A stretch of 41,767 nt of DNA, from positions 1 through 41,767 of the forward strand of contig CAXNFL010000001.1 in NCBI GenBank assembly GCA_964201555.1, read 5' to 3'. The stretch comes from Kiritimatiellia bacterium. Lineage in GTDB: Bacteria; Verrucomicrobiota; Kiritimatiellia; CAIKKV01. This document shows, in pieces, positions 1 through 6,571 of this stretch (its first letter is position 1; the number at the start of each line of letters is the position of its first letter). A model generated the notes under the pieces. That model searched no databases. It worked only from the letters and a program-made list of their open reading frames with translations, and had not been told where the DNA came from. The position numbers were made by a program, and so were the translations under genes.

Positions 1-494
1 TGATCCGTGAAATCCCACTGGTGTGAATGCTGGGCATTGATGTAACCGAAATCGCTGAAGAACTTGCCGCCTTTGAGTTTGAGGCCCCAAGGCAGACAGG
101 TGGTTTCGATCACGGCTTCCTCCATTTCCGCACTTTCGAGGTCAATGGCGGCAATTGCCCAGCCCTTAAAGTACGGGTCCACGTCCGCGGAGAACTGCAG
201 TTCCAGATGCCGCAAGTTGAATCCCTCGTCTGGCCCATGGTGATGATGCTCCTCGCCGCTGTGCGCGTGACCGAAGCCGGACATCTCCGCCAGAATGTGG
301 CTGATGCCTTCCTTCGAATCGTCAGCGTGGTAAAACACATCCACAATGGCCGACACGTCGGGGTTGAAGGATTGGAAGCTGCGGGGTGCGCCCGAAAGGC
401 CTGTGCCTGGCGAGGTGGGTTGAGCGGCGGCATCTGTCGATGTCAGATAAGCCGCCAAAAGCGGCAGAACGAAAAGCGCGACATAATTGCGCAT
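1..494 (-). CDS. Outer-membrane beta-barrel-type protein with His-rich loop (putative metal-acquisition receptor/porin); first 164 codons only, gene continues past window start
   Basis: Missing from the ORF track because it has no stop in the window. Hand translation of the third minus frame from ATG 494-492 (AGGAGC 6 nt upstream) gives a signal peptide MRNYVALFVLPLLAAYLTSTDAAAQ, then FNPDVSAIVDVFYH, GHAHSGEEHHHHGPDEGFNLRHLELQFSADVDPYFKGWA and GGKFFSDFGYINAQHSHQWDF. I checked every in-frame triplet down to nt 3 and found no stop. The family call is from memory of similar His-loop OM proteins. Confidence 0.55.
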   Translation of the reverse strand, partial: MRNYVALFVLPLLAAYLTSTDAAAQPTSPGTGLSGAPRSFQSFNPDVSAIVDVFYHADDSKEGISHILAEMSGFGHAHSGEEHHHHGPDEGFNLRHLELQFSADVDPYFKGWAIAAIDLESAEMEEAVIETTCLPWGLKLKGGKFFSDFGYINAQHSHQWDFTD

Positions 495-589
495 GAGAAT
501 GCTCCTGTTGGGATTGGTTTTTGAGTCGTATAATCCGGGCAAACGCCCGATTGCTTCGTGACGGTGTCACGAAAAAGATAAGGGACGAC

Positions 590-868
590 TCAAACCGGAG
601 GCGCGCGCGCCTGGGTGACGATACGAGACGAGAATGGCGGAATACACTGAGCCGCGGGAATAAGCGTATCGATCAGGCAAACAGCTCCCGCGGGCACCAG
701 GCTGGCCGGCGAAAACCGAACCGGCGTCTGGGCCGTTTGGCAGATGGCGCAGTTGCCGGATTCGTGAGCGGCATGGCCTTCGGCGCAACGCGCGTGATGA
801 ACGGACGGAATGACGACGACGCCAAGGGCGAATAAAACGACAAGCAAAATGGCGGACAGGCGTTTCAT
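590..868 (-). CDS. Small membrane-anchored Cys/His-rich protein (DUF2946-like; putative metal-handling partner of the downstream OM protein)
   Basis: 92-aa ORF starting at ATG 868. Hydrophobic anchor MKRLSAILLVVLFALGVVVIP is followed by HHARCAEGHAAHESGNCAICQ (3 Cys and 4 His within 20 aa). Third positions are G/C-rich. It lies 95 nt upstream of, and co-directional with, the OM protein gene. The DUF2946 resemblance is from memory. Confidence 0.45.
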   Translation of the reverse strand: MKRLSAILLVVLFALGVVVIPSVHHARCAEGHAAHESGNCAICQTAQTPVRFSPASLVPAGAVCLIDTLIPAAQCIPPFSSRIVTQARAPPV

Positions 869-931
869 GATTTATAGTATCACTAACAATCTCACTTGCC
901 ATTCATGCCGTCAACAAGAAATAGCGCCTCG

Positions 932-977
932 AAAAGGGGACGACGGGTCGGAACGCGAGGAGCGCTCCCCGCCTTCC
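932..977 (-). terminator. Possible intrinsic terminator after the peroxiredoxin gene
   Basis: Minus strand: GGAAGGCGGGGA-GCGC-TCCTCGCGTTCC (12-bp stem with one mismatch and one G-U). A CCCCTTTT run follows only 14 nt later, so the T-tract is not adjacent and the call is weak. Confidence 0.3.
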
Positions 978-992
978 GCACTCTGTGAACGG

Positions 993-1676
993 TTACGGCT
1001 TCGGGCACTTCTTCAGGCACATGAACCAGTCCAGGCACTTCACGTCGGGATCGGGCTTGGTCATACGGTCCTTGGCCACGCCGCACGATCCCGGCGGAGG
1101 CACGATCACATCGTCGCCCGGCTGCCAGTTGGCCGGCGTGGCGATCTTGTACTGGTCGGAATATTGCATGGCGGTCAGCAGCCGCTTAACCTCCTGCATA
1201 TTCCGCCCGTTCGAGAGCGGGTAATACAGGATCGCCCTGACCTTGCCCTCCGGATCGATGATGAACACCGCGCGCACGGCCTGCGTGTTGCTGGCTCCGG
1301 GCTGGAGCATGCCGAACGCCTTGGAAACCTCCATGGTCAGATCACTGATGACAGGGAACATGACTTCGACATTTTTCATGCCCTTGTAATCGATCTTCTC
1401 TTTGATGGTCCGCAGCCACGCAATATGGCTGTAGGTGCTGTCGATCGAGAGCCCCAGCAGCTTGCAGTTCAGGGCCTCGAACTCGGGCTGCATGCTGGCG
1501 AAGGTCATGAATTCAGTCGTGCACACGGGCGTGAAATCCGCCGGGTGCGAGAAGAAGACCACCCACTTTCCCTTGAAATCATCCGGAAAGTTGAGGGGGC
1601 CCTGGGTTGTTTCCGCCTTGAATGAAGGCGCTTTTTCTCCAATCAATGGCAATCTCGTTACGGGTAGCTCGTTCAC
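993..1676 (-). CDS. 1-Cys/Prx6-type peroxiredoxin (archaeal-like, Cys-rich C-terminal tail)
   Basis: ORF 993..1805. Contains FFSHPADFTPVCTTE (peroxidatic Cys motif) and a C-terminal VKCLDWFMCLKKCP resembling the archaeal Prx RCLDWWFC. I moved the start to GTG 1676, which has AGAAGGAGAG about 7 nt upstream and is followed by the typical N-terminus LPLIGEKAPSF. The 43 upstream codons look non-coding. Confidence 0.9.
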   Translation of the reverse strand: MNELPVTRLPLIGEKAPSFKAETTQGPLNFPDDFKGKWVVFFSHPADFTPVCTTEFMTFASMQPEFEALNCKLLGLSIDSTYSHIAWLRTIKEKIDYKGMKNVEVMFPVISDLTMEVSKAFGMLQPGASNTQAVRAVFIIDPEGKVRAILYYPLSNGRNMQEVKRLLTAMQYSDQYKIATPANWQPGDDVIVPPPGSCGVAKDRMTKPDPDVKCLDWFMCLKKCPKP

Positions 1677-1716
1677 AATGACTCTCCTTCTGTTTGTTGT
1701 CGTTCTACACTTCAGG

Positions 1717-2175
1717 CTAGCCAACGTCGATTTCGGTGCCAACACTCGAATCCGGCATCCGAACTTCCATGAATTTCGCGGATGCCCTTGCCATGAGCTC
1801 TCCATTCTGACGTATTTCGCCCCGCATCTTGAAAAGCGGCGCTAGCGATTCCGCCAGCCGGGCGCTAACCAGAGCGGGCCGATTCACAATTACCGGTTTG
1901 AGGAACCTCACGGCGAGCTCTCCGGTCAATGCAACTCGCCCGTGGGCAAATAGGCAGTTCGTCATGGCGCTGTCCAGGAGCGCGGCAATGACGCCGCCGT
2001 GCAGATATCCCGCGTAGCCTTGGTACTGCCGGTCACAGGGGAACGTCGCCTCCACATGCCCATCCGCGCAGGTGGTGAACACAAGCCGGCATCCGTGCGG
2101 ATGCCCGGCTCCGCAGAGTATGCACTGCGCATGCAGATTTGACTGAAGCACGGCAAGTCCCTCGATGACGGTCAA
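1717..2175 (-). CDS. PaaI-family hotdog-fold thioesterase
   Basis: Contains CILCGAGHPHGCRLVF followed by YAGYLHGGVIAALLDSAM (HGG hotdog signature). The TTG start overlaps the TGA stop of the upstream gene (TTGA). Confidence 0.7.
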   Translation of the reverse strand: MTVIEGLAVLQSNLHAQCILCGAGHPHGCRLVFTTCADGHVEATFPCDRQYQGYAGYLHGGVIAALLDSAMTNCLFAHGRVALTGELAVRFLKPVIVNRPALVSARLAESLAPLFKMRGEIRQNGELMARASAKFMEVRMPDSSVGTEIDVG

Positions 2176-3452
2176 TGATCGCAGACATTCGCCCCGGAAA
2201 CCAGCGTCCCCGCCAGGTACTGGGACACGAGTTTTTCAGGCGTTTCGGCCGGAGCGCCAACCACGACCTTGATGCCGCTCTCGGCAAAGAGCGCCTGGGC
2301 GCGCTGCCCCATGCCCCCTGCGATGATCACCGTGGCGCCCTGCTCGTGCAGCCAGCGCGGGAGAACACCCGGCTCGTGAGGCGGAGGCGTCAACAGTTGC
2401 TTATCCGCGATCTTCTTGGCCTTTTCGTCCACCGCCAACAGGGCGAACTGGGCGCAGTGGCCGAAATGCATGCACAGTTTTCCGTCGGCCAGGGGTATGG
2501 CAATTTTCATGACACGGTCTCCTTCTTTTGTGGTTTGGGATGCGGAAGACTGTTCCCGATGATGATCGGACAGGGCCAGGATGGGCGCGATGACCCGCTC
2601 GAAGGCCTTGGCGGTTTCCGTCTTGTTGTAGTGATAGACAAACGGCGTCCCCGAATCGCACGCCTCGCCAACCTTGGGATCGATCGGGATTCGGCCCAGG
2701 AACGGCACGCCCATCTCGGCGGCCATCCGCTCCCCGCCGCCGCTCTTGAAGATGTCCGTCACCTCGCCGCATTTCGGACAGACGAACCCGCTCATATTTT
2801 CAACTACGCCGAGTACGGGAAGTTCAAGTTGACTGCAGAAATTTAGGGATTTACGCACGTCAGCGGTGGCCACATCCTGAGGCGTGGTCACCACCACGGC
2901 GCCGGCCGGGTTTTTCACCAGTTGGCAAACCGACAACGGTTCGTCGCCCGTTCCGGGGGGTGAATCAATAATGAGATAGTCCAGTTCACCCCACTCCACA
3001 TCCTTGAGAAACTGCTTGATCAGACTCATCTTCAGGGGGCCGCGCCAAATAACCGCATCGTCCCGGCCCCGCAACAGGAACCCGATGGACATCACCTTGA
3101 TGCCGGCGATTTCAACAGGCTGGAGAACGCCTTCCTTTGTCTGTACGGCCGACTCCTCCAGGCGCATCATCTTGGGGATGCTGGGCCCATGGATGTCGAT
3201 ATCCATCAGCCCGACTTTTTTGCCGGCAAGCGCCAGCGAGACGGCCATGTTGGCGGCCACGGTGCTTTTGCCCACGCCGCCCTTGCCAGACATCACCAGG
3301 ATCTTATGACGGATTCGTCCCATCCGTTTTTCGAGTTCCTGCTGTTCCATATCCTCGACGAGTCGCGGCTCAGCCGAATGGTGATTGGCGGAACAGGCTC
3401 CCTGCCCGGCCGATGGATCCTGATTGTGACTGCATTTCCGATTGTTTGCCAT
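2172..3452 (-). CDS. Mrp/NBP35 (ApbC)-family Fe-S carrier ATPase fused to a C-terminal NifX/NifB-C-like (Nitro_FeMo-Co) domain
   Basis: Contains KILVMSGKGGVGKSTVA (deviant Walker A), IIDSPPGTGDE and FVCPKCGE (CPxC). The C-terminal ~110 aa, MKIAIPLADGKLCMHFGHCAQF...VIIAGGMGQRAQ, is the NifX-like signature. AAAGGAAC lies upstream of ATG 3452. Confidence 0.85.
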   Translation of the reverse strand: MANNRKCSHNQDPSAGQGACSANHHSAEPRLVEDMEQQELEKRMGRIRHKILVMSGKGGVGKSTVAANMAVSLALAGKKVGLMDIDIHGPSIPKMMRLEESAVQTKEGVLQPVEIAGIKVMSIGFLLRGRDDAVIWRGPLKMSLIKQFLKDVEWGELDYLIIDSPPGTGDEPLSVCQLVKNPAGAVVVTTPQDVATADVRKSLNFCSQLELPVLGVVENMSGFVCPKCGEVTDIFKSGGGERMAAEMGVPFLGRIPIDPKVGEACDSGTPFVYHYNKTETAKAFERVIAPILALSDHHREQSSASQTTKEGDRVMKIAIPLADGKLCMHFGHCAQFALLAVDEKAKKIADKQLLTPPPHEPGVLPRWLHEQGATVIIAGGMGQRAQALFAESGIKVVVGAPAETPEKLVSQYLAGTLVSGANVCDH

Positions 3453-3464
3453 ACTGTCGTTCCT

Positions 3465-4343
3465 TTAAAATTGAAGTAGCTTCTCCCAGACAGCCCGTAT
3501 ATCGGCGCCAAGCGCACCGGCGTCGGTTTCAACGACCGACAGCCCCTGCAATTGGGCGCGAGTGACGCCCTTGTCATACCTCACGCGCCCCGCGATCGAG
3601 GCCCCGGCCCGGCGGGCCTCGGACTCGATCCGCTCCGTCATCTCCGCGTTCAAATCCCACTTGTTCACGCACACGGCCGCGGGTATAGCGAAGTGGCGTG
3701 CCAATTCCAGCACCCTCCCCAGATCATGAGATCCCGACAGGGTAGGCTCGGTCACAACCAGGACCAGCGAGGCCCCCGTCACCGAGGCGATCACTGCACA
3801 GCCAATACCGGGAGGGCCGTCCACGAGAATCAAGCCGGCCTTCCGCTTCTCGGCAAGTTCGCGCGCGGCTTCCCGAACCTTGCTGACCAGTTTGCCGGAA
3901 TTCTCGCCGCCGGGGATCAGCCGCGCATGAACCATGGGGCCGTGACGGGTGTCGGAAACATACCATTCGCCGCTCAGTCGTTCGGGAAAATCGATCGCCT
4001 TCACGGGACACGACCCCACGCAAACGCCACAACCCTCGCAGGCCGATGGGTCAATGGTGAATACGGAGTCACCTGCGCCGCCATCCGTCCTGTGGACGGC
4101 GTCGAACCGGCACCGGGCCAGGCAGGCTCCGCAACCGATGCAGTCTTTCTGTCGGATCACCGCCTCGTTTCCGCACCGAAAATCCTCGCGTTGCCGGATG
4201 GTGGGCGCCAGCACCAGATGCAGATCCGCGGCGTCCACGTCGCAGTCGGCCAGAACCGCGTTTCCGGCCAACGCCGCGAACGAGGCGGTCAGGCTCGTCT
4301 TGCCCGTGCCTCCTTTGCCGCTGATGACGACGATCTCCCTCAC
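3465..4343 (-). CDS. MinD/CooC-superfamily P-loop ATPase with inserted 2x[4Fe-4S] ferredoxin domain (COG1149-type)
   Basis: Contains VISGKGGTGKTSLT, CIGCGACLARCRFDA, CEGCGVCVGSCPVKA and DGPPGIGCAV. The track ORF extends to 4592, but its first 83 codons overlap the upstream gene. I place the start at GTG 4343, with GAAGGAAG 6 nt upstream and 1 nt after the upstream TGA. Confidence 0.85.
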   Translation of the reverse strand: MREIVVISGKGGTGKTSLTASFAALAGNAVLADCDVDAADLHLVLAPTIRQREDFRCGNEAVIRQKDCIGCGACLARCRFDAVHRTDGGAGDSVFTIDPSACEGCGVCVGSCPVKAIDFPERLSGEWYVSDTRHGPMVHARLIPGGENSGKLVSKVREAARELAEKRKAGLILVDGPPGIGCAVIASVTGASLVLVVTEPTLSGSHDLGRVLELARHFAIPAAVCVNKWDLNAEMTERIESEARRAGASIAGRVRYDKGVTRAQLQGLSVVETDAGALGADIRAVWEKLLQF

Positions 4344-4344
4344 A

Positions 4345-4716
4345 TCACACTTCCTTCGTGTTGTGCGCGTCTGCCGGCCGCGTGACGCCATGGTCGACCA
4401 ACAGGCTGGCGGCGATACGCACGCATTCAACGCAGGGGGTGCGCGTGGTACGCTTGATCTCACGGCACGTGTCCGCGCCTGCGGCCACCACAAACGCCTC
4501 CCGCAAATGCCGGCGCGCTTCCGGTTTGTCGACCAACTGGAGCGCGGCGTGCAAGGCTCCGCACAATCCCGCTTCGGCGCGGCCTCCGCCATGATGCTTG
4601 GCCTTGATGATGTCGTCTTCGGGAATGTTCCGATGCGTTTGAAAGGCGCGCAGGACGCTTTGCGCGCAGTTTAGACGTTCTTTTTGGTAGGCTGACAGGG
4701 CGCGATCAACCGGCAT
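4345..4716 (-). CDS. C_GCAxxG_C_C-family redox-active Cys protein
   Basis: 123 aa with the family's four Cys elements: NCAQSVL, GLCGALHAA, DTCREI and PCVECV. AAGGAGAA lies upstream of ATG 4716, and the gene overlaps the upstream gene by 11 nt. Confidence 0.7.
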   Translation of the reverse strand: MPVDRALSAYQKERLNCAQSVLRAFQTHRNIPEDDIIKAKHHGGGRAEAGLCGALHAALQLVDKPEARRHLREAFVVAAGADTCREIKRTTRTPCVECVRIAASLLVDHGVTRPADAHNTKEV

Positions 4717-5617
4717 ATCTCTTCTCCTTGTTCTTATATCTGTCGGTTAGAGATGTGTCTTTTATCTCCAGCCCGGCGGTCATACGGTTCCAGAGGTGTC
4801 TCATCAGGCCTGTCCATTCCGGCAACACATGAACCGCCATCCGTCCGCGGGAGTAGGCTTCCGCCACGCGCCGGTCATCGGGCAGTTCCAGCAGGAGGGG
4901 TATTTGCGTTTCTCCGCAGTAATCACGCACGCGGCCATCCCCGGAATCGGCCCGATTGATTACCACCCCGTGGGGGATGCCGAGTTGCCGGACCATTTCG
5001 ACGGCCAGTCGCAGATCGTTCAGCCCGAACGGGGTGGGCTCCGTTACCAAGAGCACATAGTCGGCGTCCCGAACCGAGGTCACCACCGGGCACGAGGTTC
5101 CGGGCGGCGCGTCCAGAATGGCAATTCCGTCCGTGATCGCCTTTTTCTTCACGGAACGAATCAGCGGCGGCGCCATGGGCTCGCCCACGTTCAACCGGCC
5201 CTGGACAAAAAGCACACCGGCCGACCTGCCGGTTTCGACCACGCCGATCGGCCGGTTTTGTTCGCGAAGGGCATGTACGGGGCATACGAGTGCGCAGCCG
5301 CCGCATCCATGGCAGAGTTCCGGAAAGACCAGCGGTTTTTTCAACATGGCGATGGCATGGTACCGGCAAACCTCGGAGCATTTGCGGCACCCTGTGCAGA
5401 GTTTTTCGTCAACCACCGGCACGGGAATGCCCACGGGTTCGGACGTCTCCAGGGCCGGCTTAAGAAAGAGGTGGCCGTTCGGTTCCTCGACATCGCAGTC
5501 GAGGTATTGAACCCTTTGGCCGCTGGTTGCCAAGACGCTGGCAAGATTCACCGCGACGGTGGTTTTCCCCGTTCCGCCCTTCCCGCTGGCAATCGAGATT
5601 TTCAAGCTCATGCCCAT
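4706..5617 (-). CDS. MinD/CooC-superfamily P-loop ATPase with inserted 2x[4Fe-4S] ferredoxin domain (COG1149-type), second copy
   Basis: Contains IASGKGGTGKTTVA, CTGCRKCSEVCRYHA, CHGCGGCALVCPVHA and DAPPGTSCPV. It starts 6 nt after the upstream stop. Confidence 0.85.
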   Translation of the reverse strand: MGMSLKISIASGKGGTGKTTVAVNLASVLATSGQRVQYLDCDVEEPNGHLFLKPALETSEPVGIPVPVVDEKLCTGCRKCSEVCRYHAIAMLKKPLVFPELCHGCGGCALVCPVHALREQNRPIGVVETGRSAGVLFVQGRLNVGEPMAPPLIRSVKKKAITDGIAILDAPPGTSCPVVTSVRDADYVLLVTEPTPFGLNDLRLAVEMVRQLGIPHGVVINRADSGDGRVRDYCGETQIPLLLELPDDRRVAEAYSRGRMAVHVLPEWTGLMRHLWNRMTAGLEIKDTSLTDRYKNKEKRYAG

Positions 5618-5623
5618 GCGCCT

Positions 5624-6385
5624 TTACCAATGTCCTTCAACGTTAGCCGCCGGGGCCTCCTTCAACTCACCCGCCTTGAACCGGCCAACGGCTTCTGCGA
5701 CGGTTCCCTCGCCGCACAAATAGACCTTGATCTGCGCCGCATTCAGGAGGCGAAACGCCTTGGGGCCCACATTGCCCGTGATGACGGCGTGCACGCCTAG
5801 TCGCGCGACCGTTTCGCCGGACTGGATGCCCGCGCCTTGCGCCGCATTCAGGTTTTGCTCGTTGTCGTGAGCCTCAGAAGCCCCGGACTCCGCGTCCACA
5901 ACCATGAAACACCTGGCTCTCCCAAAACGCGGATCCACGCTGCTCGACATGCTCGGCCCCGTTGCGGAGATTGCGATTTTCATGACGCCTTCCTTTTTCT
6001 TTCGACCCCCCCGGCCGCCCTGACCCCTGCCTCTTCCACGGCATGGGTTCATCCGGCCGCAACAACCCGGCATGAGAAACTCCATCAAGGTTCCCTCCTG
6101 CCAGGCGAGAATCACATCCTCCACGTCTCCGGCCATGAACGGAACAACCCGGACTCTCGCCCGGGCCAACGCACCTGCCATCTGACCGGATACCGCCCCG
6201 CAAATCAATACCCGCGGCCCCAGCGCCACCAACCGGTCCGCCTGAGCCTGCGGATCCGTTCCCGGCAGGGACTCCACACTCCGGGCATCCACCCGCCCGT
6301 CTTCCACATCAAGGATCTCCACCTGCCTGGCCACATCGAAGACCGGCGAAACCCTTCCATTCCATGTTGCCACCGCCAGTCTCAT
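5624..6385 (-). CDS. Tandem NifX/NifB-C-like (Nitro_FeMo-Co) two-domain protein
   Basis: Domain 1 is MRLAVATWNGRVSPVFDVA...LICGAVSG. The linker is MPGCCGRMNPCRGRGRGQGGRGGRKKKEG. Domain 2 is MKIAISATGPSMSSSVDPRFGRARCFMVVD...VITGNVGPKA. I set the start at ATG 6385, with AAGGAGAGAGAGG upstream. The track start at TTG 6484 lies upstream of the sigma-54 promoter. Confidence 0.8.
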   Translation of the reverse strand: MRLAVATWNGRVSPVFDVARQVEILDVEDGRVDARSVESLPGTDPQAQADRLVALGPRVLICGAVSGQMAGALARARVRVVPFMAGDVEDVILAWQEGTLMEFLMPGCCGRMNPCRGRGRGQGGRGGRKKKEGVMKIAISATGPSMSSSVDPRFGRARCFMVVDAESGASEAHDNEQNLNAAQGAGIQSGETVARLGVHAVITGNVGPKAFRLLNAAQIKVYLCGEGTVAEAVGRFKAGELKEAPAANVEGHW

Positions 6386-6421
6386 GGCCTCTCTCTCCTT
6401 TCGAATGACAAGGATCAGTAC

Positions 6422-6437
6422 TGCATGAACCGTGCCA
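6422..6437 (-). promoter_or_regulatory. Sigma-54 (-24/-12) promoter
   Basis: Minus strand reads TGGCAC-GGTTC-ATGCA against the consensus TGGCAC-N5-TTGCW. It lies 36 nt upstream of ATG 6385, and a sigma-54 activator gene sits directly upstream. Confidence 0.6.
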
Positions 6438-6553
6438 GATACAAGGGCGCCCAAATAGAGACGCAAGTAGTTGCGGCAACGCAAGATGCAGCCGGCAACG
6501 AAATTTGAAACCTATGTTACAGTAGCAGAAATGAATCTGTACGGATGACAAAC

Positions 6554-6571
6554 AGTCGCAAAAATGCGACT
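6554..6571. promoter_or_regulatory. Perfect 18-nt palindrome AGTCGCA-AAAA-TGCGACT (candidate enhancer/UAS or short terminator hairpin)
   Basis: Begins at the first base after the TAG stop of the activator gene, about 117 nt upstream of the -24 element. Confidence 0.3.

Noticed and set aside
3465-4592. Long N-terminal extensions of several track ORFs: 3465..4592, 5624..6484, 993..1805, 12236..13684, 14073..14429, 14350..15090, 25952..26980 and 28396..29580
   Set aside because: The extensions overlap upstream genes or promoters, are Arg/Pro-rich and have no family counterpart. In each case an internal start with a Shine-Dalgarno or a leaderless-type promoter gives a canonical N-terminus.
993-6385. 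Interpretation as a nitrogen-fixation (nif) cluster because of the three NifX-like domains
   Set aside because: No nifH/D/K, nifE/N, radical-SAM nifB, nifV or nifA-type GAF regulator is present in the window. NifX-like (Nitro_FeMo-Co) domains are common in non-diazotrophic anaerobes.
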